From: Clostridia bacterium | GTDB lineage: Bacteria > Bacillota > Clostridia > RGIG6154 | Assembly (NCBI GenBank): GCA_045660065.1 | Contig: JAZRDC010000026.1 | Location: 5,823 to 69,822 of the forward strand | DNA length: 64,000 nt | Direction of reading: 5' to 3' | Part shown: one piece after another, positions 56,801 to 64,000 of the stretch | How positions within the stretch are numbered: the stretch's first letter is position 1 | Layout: the number at the start of each line of letters is the position of its first letter | Made by a program: the position numbers and the translations under genes | The notes under the pieces: model-generated | Databases searched by the model: none | What the model was told of the DNA's origin: nothing | What the model saw: the letters and a program-made list of their open reading frames with translations, nothing else

Positions 56801-56994
56801 ATATCCTTCATTACACGGGTTAAAATATGACCGATGTGCGGCTTACCGTTAGCAGTCGGTGGACCGTCAAAAAAAGTAAATACCGGAGCATCTTTTTTAA
56901 TGCTTCGTTCAAACACTTTATTTTCGTTCCAGAATTTTATGGTTTCAAGTTCTCTTTGCTTAAAATCCAAATCTGTGGAAACTTTTTTATACAC
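53887..56994 (-). CDS. ileS: Isoleucine--tRNA ligase, long (type-2-like, 1035 aa) form
   Basis: It has a HIGH-like motif (PTANGKPHIGHIL) and KMSKS (KMSKHKGN). A GTG start at 56994 is preceded by AGGAGG with a 9-nt spacer. Confidence 0.9.
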   Translation of the reverse strand: MYKKVSTDLDFKQRELETIKFWNENKVFERSIKKDAPVFTFFDGPPTANGKPHIGHILTRVMKDIIPRYKTMKGYKVLRKAGWDTHGLPVELEVEKILGIDGKPEIEKYGVQPFIEECKKSVWKYEGLWKEMSDRVGFWADMEAPYVTYHNEFIESVWWALKQIWDKDLIYKGHKVVPYCPRCGTALSSHEVAQGYKDVEDTSAYVNFKIKGKDEYIMAWTTTPWTLPSNVALAVNGDVDYIKAKFEDKIYIVAKELANSVFGEEYEVIEEYKGEDLKGIEYEPLFDYAKPEKKCWFVIADSYVTTTDGTGIVHIAPAFGEDDARVGRDNDLPFVQMINTEGKFVEGTDKYEGVFMKDADPMVLEDLKAKGLLFKPQKFTHSYPFCWRCDTPLIYYARATWFIAMTKVRERLLKNNATVNWMPENIKDGRFGNFLDGVIDWGLSRERYWGTPLPIWECSCGHRHMIGSIEELKSMSDNCPDDIELHRPYIDAVEINCPECGKKMHRVPEVIDCWFDSGSMPFAQWHYPFENKEIFDENFPADFISEAIDQTRGWFYTLMAISTLIFDKAPYKNVIVLGHVQDKDGQKMSKHKGNVVDPWDVLNNQGADAVRWYFYTSSSPWLPNRFYDEAVNECQRKFMGTLWNTYAFYILYADIDKFDPTQYKLEYDKLPVMDKWILSRLNSLIKQTDSDLENYRITESARAIQDFVDELSNWYVRRCRERFWQKDMPQDKINAFMTLYTVLYEVSKLAAPYVPFMTEEIYQNLVRTNDKTAPESIHFCDYPVANEAWIDSELENNMDTVLNIVVAGRAARNTANVKNRQPLSCIYAKATNEIDKEYYDIVLEELNVKTLEFTDDVSGFVGYKFKPQLRTLGPRYGKILGKIGQFLAECDTVSAMADLDAGKNFEFEIDGNPVSLSKEDLLIETTQKEGMVSQTEKDVTVVLDTNLNDELIEEGFIREIISKIQTMRKDSDFLVQDHIKIGYSDNNKIAEIIERNKTEIMQDTLADEVFEGTCMHQKEWNINGEKVVLSVEVIK

Positions 56995-57080
56995 TTTAAA
57001 TTACCTCCTGTGAAGCAAAACATTTTTTGCAAAAAATCTCTTCTTATTATTTTACCCTAAATTAATAGATTTGTAAAGAC

Positions 57081-57746
57081 TTAAATATCAATTTTAGTCA
57101 TATTTTCTTTAAAAATTCCATCTCTTTCAATATCTAAATACATAGCCTTAAATTCAGGAATATATTTTTCCATAGCATCTATTACACCTGTTGCTTTTAA
57201 GTTTGCCTTTTCACCGATTGAAAGAACAAATTCAAAATCTATTTCCAAATTGTTTTCATTAAGGATTTTTATTTCTTTAATCATAGGTTTAATATCAGTT
57301 GCAGATATGCCTTTTTTTGTTTTTTTATCAATAACAATTTCGTCTCTGCCGCAAAATTCTTCAATCAAAGATGTTAAATTTTCAAGTTCTTTTTCCAGAG
57401 TAACTTTTACATTGTATTTGGCAAAACAAATTAAATTCAAGTTTTCTTTCGGCTGCCACGCTTTGATAATTTTAATATCTTTAGGCATAGCACTGTTAAT
57501 CTGCTCAACTAATTTTTCGTAGTCAGGTTCTGAGTCAACCTGCAAATCAAGGTATTCTTCCTCAGATGTTACACCAACAGGCAACGGATATGCGATTGAC
57601 ATTTTAGGATGTGGATTAAATCCTTGAGAAAATGTAACATCTACTCCTGCTATTCTGAAAACTCTTTGAAACATTTTCATTAAATCGAGGTGAGAAACGA
57701 ATTTTGCATAGTCTTTTTTGAAAAAAGAAAGTCTTACTTTATACAT
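57081..57746 (-). CDS. TIGR03936-family radical-SAM-associated protein (DUF2344)
   Basis: The 221-aa ORF starts MYKVRLSFFKKDYAKFVSHLDLMKMFQRVFRIAGVDVTFSQGFNPHPK, typical of the TIGR03936 partner. It overlaps the upstream radical SAM gene by 13 nt. Confidence 0.65.
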   Translation of the reverse strand: MYKVRLSFFKKDYAKFVSHLDLMKMFQRVFRIAGVDVTFSQGFNPHPKMSIAYPLPVGVTSEEEYLDLQVDSEPDYEKLVEQINSAMPKDIKIIKAWQPKENLNLICFAKYNVKVTLEKELENLTSLIEEFCGRDEIVIDKKTKKGISATDIKPMIKEIKILNENNLEIDFEFVLSIGEKANLKATGVIDAMEKYIPEFKAMYLDIERDGIFKENMTKIDI

Positions 57747-59581
57747 TTTACGCCCCCCAATCCATTAATTCCGCATCCTGTGCACCCTTCTCTGCAATCG
57801 TGAGTTGTAACTCCTTCTGATGCTTTTTTAAGTTCGTTTTTAAGATAAGTTTCGCTGATGCCAACATCGATATGCGACCATGGTAAAACTTCATCTAAAT
57901 CTCTTTGACGAAGTGCATAAAAATCAGGATCTATACCACATTCTTCAAACACTTCCATCCATCTGTTAAAGTCAAAACATTCGTCCCAACTGTCAAATTT
58001 ACATCCTTTTTCAAAGGCTTTGAGCATTACTTTTGAAAGTCTTCTGTCCCCTCTTGCAAACACTGCTTCCAAATAACTGAGTTTACTGTCATGCCAGTTG
58101 TAAGTAACACTTTTACCAACCGCCATTTTAAGAGCATTCTGTTTTTCAATAACGCTGTCCATTCTTTCCTGACCCTGCCACTGGAATGGTGTAAAAGGTT
58201 TTGGAACAAAAATAGATGTACTTACAGTTACTCTTACAGGCTTACGTTTTTTATCAGAGCCTAATTCGTAATAAATTTTTGCAACTTTATTTGCAAGGTC
58301 AGCAATACCTAAAACATCTTCTAATGTTTCAAAAGGAAGACCTGTCATAAAGTAAAGTTTAATATTGCTCCAACCATTTGAAAACGCCAATGACGCAGTA
58401 TTAAGTAAATCCTGCTCTGTTACATTTTTATTTATAACATCACGAAGTCTTTGTGTTCCTGCTTCAGGTGCAAATGTAAGACCGCTTTTTCTTACTTTCT
58501 GAATTCTGTTCATTAAATCCACAGAAAAATTATCAACTCTTAATGACGGTAAAGCAAGATTGACTTTTTTGCTTTCTGTAATATCTAAAAGTTTGTCCGC
58601 AAGTTCATTAAAGCAAGAATAATCACTTGAACTTAATGATGTAAGTGAAAGTTCATCGTAACCTGTATTATTAATAAGTTCGATTGCTTGCTCAACAAGT
58701 TTATCAGGACTTTTTTCACGAACAGGTCTGTAAATAAATCCTGCCTGACAAAATCTGCAACCTCTTGTGCATCCTCTGAAAATTTCAAGCATTGCACGGT
58801 TGTGAACTATATCGGTAAAAGGAACTATCGGATTTGTTGGATAATAAACATTATCCATATCTTTAATAATTCTTTTTCTCGGCTTGTCCGCAGCATTTAC
58901 ATTATTTTTTTCTATTTTTTTAACAGTTCCGTCTTCGTTATATTCAACATCATAAAATGAAGGAACATAAACCCCTTCAATTTTTGCTATTGTTTCCAAA
59001 AACTCTTTTCTTGTTTTTCCGCTACCCTTCCATTTGGTGTATTCCTCTGCAATTTCAATGAAAAGTTCTTCACCTGCACCAAGCATTACAAAATCGGCAA
59101 AATCTGCAATAGGTTCACAGTTATATGCACAAGGTCCACCAAAGCAAACAAAGGTATCCCCTTTTCTTTCTGATGCAAGTAATTCAACTCCGCCTAAATC
59201 AAGCATATTTAAAATATTTGTGTATGACATTTCATACTGCAGAGTAAACCCGATAATATCAAATCCATTAAGGGCTTTTTTGTTTTCCAATGAATAGATT
59301 GGCATATTATGCTCGCGCATTTTTTCTTCCATATCTACCCATGGAGCAAAAAATCTCTCACAAAGATAATCGGGATGGTTATTTAAAACACCGTATAGAA
59401 TTTTCATTCCAAGGTGCGACATTCCTATTTCATATGTATCGGGAAAACAAAAGGCAACTTTGCATTTAGCACTGTCAAAATCTTTGACAATGCTGCCTGT
59501 TTCTCCCCCGATATACCTTGCAGGTTTTTGTACCTGAAGTAATATTTTTTCAAACAGTTTATTGTTCATTTTTTCCTCCAA
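57734..59581 (-). CDS. TIGR03960-family B12-binding-domain radical SAM protein
   Basis: The 615-aa ORF has an N-terminal B12-binding-like domain and the radical SAM CX3CX2C motif (CTRGCRFCQAG). Confidence 0.7.
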   Translation of the reverse strand: MEEKMNNKLFEKILLQVQKPARYIGGETGSIVKDFDSAKCKVAFCFPDTYEIGMSHLGMKILYGVLNNHPDYLCERFFAPWVDMEEKMREHNMPIYSLENKKALNGFDIIGFTLQYEMSYTNILNMLDLGGVELLASERKGDTFVCFGGPCAYNCEPIADFADFVMLGAGEELFIEIAEEYTKWKGSGKTRKEFLETIAKIEGVYVPSFYDVEYNEDGTVKKIEKNNVNAADKPRKRIIKDMDNVYYPTNPIVPFTDIVHNRAMLEIFRGCTRGCRFCQAGFIYRPVREKSPDKLVEQAIELINNTGYDELSLTSLSSSDYSCFNELADKLLDITESKKVNLALPSLRVDNFSVDLMNRIQKVRKSGLTFAPEAGTQRLRDVINKNVTEQDLLNTASLAFSNGWSNIKLYFMTGLPFETLEDVLGIADLANKVAKIYYELGSDKKRKPVRVTVSTSIFVPKPFTPFQWQGQERMDSVIEKQNALKMAVGKSVTYNWHDSKLSYLEAVFARGDRRLSKVMLKAFEKGCKFDSWDECFDFNRWMEVFEECGIDPDFYALRQRDLDEVLPWSHIDVGISETYLKNELKKASEGVTTHDCREGCTGCGINGLGGVKCIK

Positions 59582-59602
59582 TAAAGTATGTTTATTATTC
59601 TT

Positions 59603-60433
59603 TTAAATATCTGATATTTTATAGTTAAGATACCCTTTACCACTTATTCCGAGAATATATTTATTAGTTAAGATTTGCTTGGTTTTTCCGTCGTCTGACA
59701 CAACGACGACCAAACATAAATCTTCAAAGGGCAATTCTTTCAAAGCATCTTTTACAGTATAATTTGCACTTATATAAAACACCTTCATAGCATCACAGGT
59801 AATTTCTGATGTATAAAGTGATGCAATATCCATAGATTTATTATTGTGAATTTTTATGCTGTTACACATAAAAAGAGATGCAACAAGGAGTGATACATTA
59901 ACTTTGCTTTTTACAAGCAAAACAATCCCGAAAACTGTCAGTATAAAAACAACAGGAATTGATATGAATTTTAATATTTTTTGTGCCTTTTTTTCGCTCA
60001 TTTCACTTTTTAATATTGCCCTGATAATTCTTCCACCGTCAAGGGGCATTACAGGCAAAAAGTTGATAAAAAGCATATAAAAATTTGATACAAAAAAGAC
60101 TTCGGGAACAGAAAAATTTACATAAGTTAAAACTGCCGCTGATGCAAGTAGTATAACATTTACAAAAGGTCCTGCCAGACTGATTAAAAGTTCGTGAACA
60201 GAGTCAGATACATTATCTGCTAATCTTAAACAGACACCAAAAGGTGCTATTTTAATGCCTGCAATTTTGTATCCAAAAAACTTTGCTGCCAAAAGATGAC
60301 CGATTTCGTGAAGTATTGCAACTACATAGGCAACTATAAATAAATCAAGTCTGCCAAAGCAGGCGAATAACACCAAAAACAAAACAAACCACGGACTAAA
60401 ACTGATAATGTTAAATCCTCCAAACAAATTCAA
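59603..60433 (-). CDS. spoIVFB: Site-2 protease of the SpoIVFB type (M50B, pro-σK processing protease candidate)
   Basis: The HExxH motif LHEIGHLLAAK lies in a TM helix, and the NxxPxxxLDGG motif (FINFLPVMPLDGGRI) is present. A C-terminal CBS-like region follows. It lies downstream of minD, as in the B. subtilis minCD-spoIVFA-spoIVFB order. Confidence 0.65.
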   Translation of the reverse strand: MNLFGGFNIISFSPWFVLFLVLFACFGRLDLFIVAYVVAILHEIGHLLAAKFFGYKIAGIKIAPFGVCLRLADNVSDSVHELLISLAGPFVNVILLASAAVLTYVNFSVPEVFFVSNFYMLFINFLPVMPLDGGRIIRAILKSEMSEKKAQKILKFISIPVVFILTVFGIVLLVKSKVNVSLLVASLFMCNSIKIHNNKSMDIASLYTSEITCDAMKVFYISANYTVKDALKELPFEDLCLVVVVSDDGKTKQILTNKYILGISGKGYLNYKISDI

Positions 60434-60741
60434 TTATCCTCTTTGGTATCATATACATCCCCTGAATTTACAGGTACAGATTGTCTGCTATTTACAAAAT
60501 TATCAAAATATGCTTTTGCGTTATCAACAAGTTTATCAAAATCCACACTTACACAAAGATAGTGCCTGATACTGTTGTTTAATTTTACAGAAAAAGAATT
60601 TGATAGTTTTGAATTTGCAAAAACTGCGACAAATATCAAAAAAGATGCTACCATCTGACAGATAACTTTTTTGGCAAAGCGTTCATCACTTTTATTTTGT
60701 GCTATTCTTGAATTTTTTCTTGTTTTTTTCATAAAAACCAT
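60430..60741 (-). CDS. Small single-pass membrane protein in the SpoIVFA position (mini SpoIVFA-like?), hypothetical
   Basis: The 103-aa ORF has a basic N-terminus (KKTRKNSRIAQNKSDERFAKK), a single TM helix and a ~55-aa extracytoplasmic tail. It overlaps spoIVFB by 4 nt (translational coupling). It has no LytM domain. Confidence 0.4.
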   Translation of the reverse strand: MVFMKKTRKNSRIAQNKSDERFAKKVICQMVASFLIFVAVFANSKLSNSFSVKLNNSIRHYLCVSVDFDKLVDNAKAYFDNFVNSRQSVPVNSGDVYDTKEDN

Positions 60742-60793
60742 CCCTTTAAGTATTTCCTGTTATAAATATATGAAAAGGGACGGTTAATATTCT

Positions 60794-61576
60794 CTATTTT
60801 CTTTTGCGCCAACCTTTAAAAAGTTTTCTTTTTCTGATTTTTTCTATCGGTATATTTTCACCGCATATTCTGCGCGCAATATTTTTAAATTCTTCCCCCG
60901 TAACGCTTCTTTCATCAAGAACAATTGGTTCACCGCAAATTGCGCGTTCAATAATTGCCCCATCTTCGTAAACAACGCCAGCAAGTCTTATTCCGAGGGC
61001 TTCAATAAGAGCGTCAATATTAAGCATTATGCCTTTTGTTACCATATCAGGGCGAATTCTGTTAACAATAAGTCTTAAATCGTCTACTCCCTGCTGTTCA
61101 AGAAGAGACGCTACACGATCCGCATCGCGAAGTGAAAATGGCTCAGGATTTACAACAATCAAAGACATATCTGAAATTTTTGCAGACATTTCAAACCCGT
61201 CACCGATACCTGCGGGAGAATCGATAATAACATAATCATACTGCTTTTTTAACTCAGAAATTATTTTTGAAAATTTATCAAAATCAAGTCCGATATCTGT
61301 TTTAAACTGTGATGCTGGAATAAAGCCAAGTCCGTGATATCTTTCATCTTTTATAACTGCTTCTCTCATTCTGCATTCGCCTGAAACAAGGTCTGACATA
61401 TCATAAATAACATGATTTTCAAGTCCAAGTGCCAAATCAAGATTTCTCAATCCGATATCTGTATCTATTATTATTGTTTTTTGCCCAAGCATAGCAAGGG
61501 CAATACCTACATTTGCGGTAACTGTTGTTTTGCCAACTCCGCCTTTGCCCGAAATAACTGAAATTACTTTGCTCAA
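60794..61576 (-). CDS. minD: Septum site-determining ATPase MinD
   Basis: It has the deviant Walker A motif (SGKGGVGKTT), the DTDIGLRNLD motif and a C-terminal amphipathic membrane-targeting helix (KRKLFKGWRKRK). Confidence 0.9.
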   Translation of the reverse strand: MSKVISVISGKGGVGKTTVTANVGIALAMLGQKTIIIDTDIGLRNLDLALGLENHVIYDMSDLVSGECRMREAVIKDERYHGLGFIPASQFKTDIGLDFDKFSKIISELKKQYDYVIIDSPAGIGDGFEMSAKISDMSLIVVNPEPFSLRDADRVASLLEQQGVDDLRLIVNRIRPDMVTKGIMLNIDALIEALGIRLAGVVYEDGAIIERAICGEPIVLDERSVTGEEFKNIARRICGENIPIEKIRKRKLFKGWRKRK

Positions 61577-61590
61577 AAAATCACATCCTT

Positions 61591-63624
61591 TTATCTGTTA
61601 AGTGAATTAACCGTATATAAATCTGATATATCTTTATTTGAAAAATATTGTGTAAACATCGCTTTTGCAATTGGTGCTGCCAGATATCCGCCTGTACCGT
61701 GTTCAATTACAATCGCAACAGCAATCTGTGGATTATCGTATGGTGCAAAAGCAACAAATATACCGTTGTTTGAACCTTTGCTGACCTCCGCAGTACCTGT
61801 TTTACCTGCCACCTGAATGAAAAAATCTTCAAAAACATTACTTGCTGTACCTTCTTCAGCAACTTTTTTCATTCCAAGTTTAACCGCTTTTAAATTTTTA
61901 TCATCGATATCTATTTTGGTTGACACTTCTGCCATGGAATTTTTGATAATATCCCCTGTTTCGCTGTCTTTAATTGTTTTTAAAATATGCGGCTTATATC
62001 TTGTACCACCATTTGCAATTGTAGCGGTGTATGACGCAAGTTGAAGTGGAGTAATCAGGTTATCTGACTGACCGATTGCCGACTGAAGTGTATCGCCCGG
62101 GTTCCATTTTTCTCCCCTTGCCTCTTTATTTTCAGGACTTGCAATCTGACCTTTAACCTCACCGCCGATTTCAATGCCTGTTGTTTTTCCAAATCCAAAC
62201 TTATCAGCATATTCAACAAGTTTTTCTATGCCGAGTCTTCTGCCAACATCAAAAAAGTAATAGTTACAAGACTCCTGCAACCCTTTTACAACATCAACAT
62301 AGTCGTGAGTTTCACCTGTTTTCCATTTCATACAGGTTGGCTGATAATCTTTATAAAAAGTGTATTTTCCTTCGTCAAAAATTACATCGTCAGTTTCTAC
62401 TATTCCTTCTTCAAGGGCTGCAATTGCAGTAAGCATTTTAAATGTTGAACCCGGTTCGTACGCTCCGCCGATAGCACGGTTCCACACGGGATTTGCAGGG
62501 TTTTTAATCAAGTTGTCATACTTTTTATTGTATTCCCACGGATTATATGATGGATATGATGCCATTGATAAAATTTCACCGTTATTGACATCTATACACA
62601 CAACACTTCCTGCATTGCAATCAGGAACAGAGGCGCTGATTGAACGGATTGTATCTTCCAATGATTTTTCTGTAACTTCCTGCAAATCTCTATCTATTGT
62701 GAGCATAACATTATTGCCTTTTTTAGCAGGAACAGATGTTACAATATTTTCCGAGCCTTCTATTGTTTGCTCAAATCCTCTTATTCCATCTTCGCCTTTA
62801 AGATATCTCTCATACACAAGTTCTATGCCCTGTTTACCAACAAGTGCATCCATAGAGTAATTCTGATTTTTTAATTTCTCGTATTCTTCCTGATAAATAA
62901 TACCAACATTACCGAGAATATGTGCAAGCATCGAACCGTTTGGATATGCTCTTACACTTGTTTCTGTAATTTCAACGCCTTTAAAATCTGCACTGTTTTC
63001 CTTCACAAGCGCAACTATTTCACCGCTTACATCTTCTAAAAGCACGTAAGGATTAAAATTGCTGAATCCTTTTTGTTTCATATCGTAAATAATATCACAA
63101 ATAAGTCTTTTATCGCTTTCTGAAAAAGATGAATCAATTTTATAAGCATCATAAAGTTTTGTTATAACATCGTCTGCTGAATTATCTGAGTTAAAATTAT
63201 TGTCATCAAGCCATTTTGAAATCTTTTCCTTTTGATTTTCTCCAGAAAAAGAAAATTCATATGGTTTTTCTTTAGTGATCGGTAAAGTATATGAAAATTC
63301 TGCAGATTCGCGTTTTAAAGCAACCACAAGTTTATGGAGCATGTCAGAAAGTTCTTTTCTGTTTAACCCCACATCTTTAATGCTTACTGAAAAACCGCTT
63401 CTGTTTGTAACAAGAATTTCACCGTGGCGGTCAACAATATTTCCGCGAGGTGCTTTTATCGTCATTGATGTATGAAGTTTTGCTTCAGATACTTTTCTAT
63501 AGTTTTCACCGTTGATTATCTGCAAATTTACAAGTCTTATGATGCACAGCAAAAAAAGCACTGCTACAACAAAAATTATAAAAACAGTTCTTGCATTTTT
63601 ATCGAAATGATTCAAACTGTGCAC
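61591..63624 (-). CDS. mrdA: Penicillin-binding protein 2 (elongasome class B PBP)
   Basis: The 677-aa ORF has an N-terminal TM and a transpeptidase domain with STFK, SxN and KTGTA motifs. It lies between mreD and minD. Confidence 0.8.
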   Translation of the reverse strand: MHSLNHFDKNARTVFIIFVVAVLFLLCIIRLVNLQIINGENYRKVSEAKLHTSMTIKAPRGNIVDRHGEILVTNRSGFSVSIKDVGLNRKELSDMLHKLVVALKRESAEFSYTLPITKEKPYEFSFSGENQKEKISKWLDDNNFNSDNSADDVITKLYDAYKIDSSFSESDKRLICDIIYDMKQKGFSNFNPYVLLEDVSGEIVALVKENSADFKGVEITETSVRAYPNGSMLAHILGNVGIIYQEEYEKLKNQNYSMDALVGKQGIELVYERYLKGEDGIRGFEQTIEGSENIVTSVPAKKGNNVMLTIDRDLQEVTEKSLEDTIRSISASVPDCNAGSVVCIDVNNGEILSMASYPSYNPWEYNKKYDNLIKNPANPVWNRAIGGAYEPGSTFKMLTAIAALEEGIVETDDVIFDEGKYTFYKDYQPTCMKWKTGETHDYVDVVKGLQESCNYYFFDVGRRLGIEKLVEYADKFGFGKTTGIEIGGEVKGQIASPENKEARGEKWNPGDTLQSAIGQSDNLITPLQLASYTATIANGGTRYKPHILKTIKDSETGDIIKNSMAEVSTKIDIDDKNLKAVKLGMKKVAEEGTASNVFEDFFIQVAGKTGTAEVSKGSNNGIFVAFAPYDNPQIAVAIVIEHGTGGYLAAPIAKAMFTQYFSNKDISDLYTVNSLNR

Positions 63625-63634
63625 CTCCTTAAAA

Positions 63635-63991
63635 TTATACTCTTTTAACTTTTAACACTGATTTAAAAAGCCAGAAAATAGGCAGGCAAATCAGTGAATT
63701 TACCAGGCATTGCGGCAATATTATGCCAGACAGTGCCAAAGATGTGTATGCCATAGACTTAAAGGCATAGAAAATCCAATAGATTAAAAGTTCTGATATC
63801 AATGTGGAAATTACCACAAACATTAATGATATCCAGAAATTTCTGTTAAACATATGTTTTGAAACAGTTTGTACCAAAATCGCAAGTACAAGGTATATTA
63901 TAAAAAATGTTCCCGGCACTTTAGAAACAGAAATATCCAAAATCAATGAAATTAAAACTGCATTAAAAATCGCAGTTTTACCTCCGCACAA
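63635..63991 (-). CDS. mreD: Rod shape-determining protein MreD
   Basis: The 118-aa hydrophobic protein has 4-5 TM helices and lies immediately upstream of mrdA. I assigned it mainly by position and hydropathy. Confidence 0.55.
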   Translation of the reverse strand: MCGGKTAIFNAVLISLILDISVSKVPGTFFIIYLVLAILVQTVSKHMFNRNFWISLMFVVISTLISELLIYWIFYAFKSMAYTSLALSGIILPQCLVNSLICLPIFWLFKSVLKVKRV

Positions 63992-64000
63992 GCAGGAAAA

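Noticed and set aside
56995-57080. Looked for a T-box riboswitch upstream of ileS
   Set aside because: The intergenic space is only 86 nt and I found no T-box core (AGGGTGGNACCGCG) or specifier-loop architecture.
1-64000. Scanned for CRISPR arrays, IS elements, integrases, tRNA/rRNA genes and defence islands
   Set aside because: I saw no direct-repeat/spacer periodicity, no transposase or recombinase ORFs, and no tRNA-like cloverleaf candidates. All large ORFs are accounted for by core functions.

Overview
This 64 kb window looks like conserved core chromosome of a low-GC, endospore-forming Firmicute (Clostridia-like). Genes are tightly packed, about 90% on the minus strand, and several blocks match Bacillus subtilis gene order. 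I found no rRNA, tRNA, CRISPR array, transposase, integrase or prophage signature.

From start to end the window contains:
- Tandem SGNH-hydrolase paralogs at the left edge, the first cut by the window boundary.
- tmcAL, transcribed divergently from them.
- A long minus-strand array: two small membrane-anchored paralogs, a GT4 glycosyltransferase, an O-antigen-ligase-like protein, murJ and ireB under one σA promoter, then a Gfo/Idh/MocA oxidoreductase, a small membrane protein, yajC, and parC/parE.
- A YihY-family membrane protein, followed by a cluster of three small unannotated proteins plus a 28-aa micro-ORF with palindromic sites.
- A YfcE-type phosphoesterase, a zinc-ribbon membrane protein, and hydG without hydE/hydF.
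- A SEDS protein paired with a class B PBP, an Asp23-family gene, and the complete spoIIIAA–AH operon.
- A DUF4363/DUF421 pair, an intact pro-σK gene (sigK), the yabR-divIC-yabQ-yabP-yabO cluster, HU, a SpoVB/YabM-type flippase, a small Cys-rich ORF and gpr.
- The ribF-truB-nrnA-rbfA-infB-ylxQ-ylxR-nusA-rimP block.
- A tandem-OB SSB-like gene co-operonic with polC, then ispG-rseP-dxr-cdsA-uppS-frr-pyrH-dusB, a DUF1858 gene, and a 1035-aa ileS with no T-box.
- A TIGR03960/TIGR03936 radical-SAM pair, a spoIVFB-like S2P protease with a mini membrane partner, minD, mrdA and mreD.

I see no self-contained, clearly novel system such as a defence island. The most promising under-described candidates are the small-gene cluster at 16.2–17.3 kb, the tailless tandem-OB SSB-like protein downstream of polC, the glycan operon with its two small membrane-anchored proteins, the radical-SAM pair fused into the ileS operon, and the promoter-driven 63-aa Cys-rich ORF overlapping gpr.
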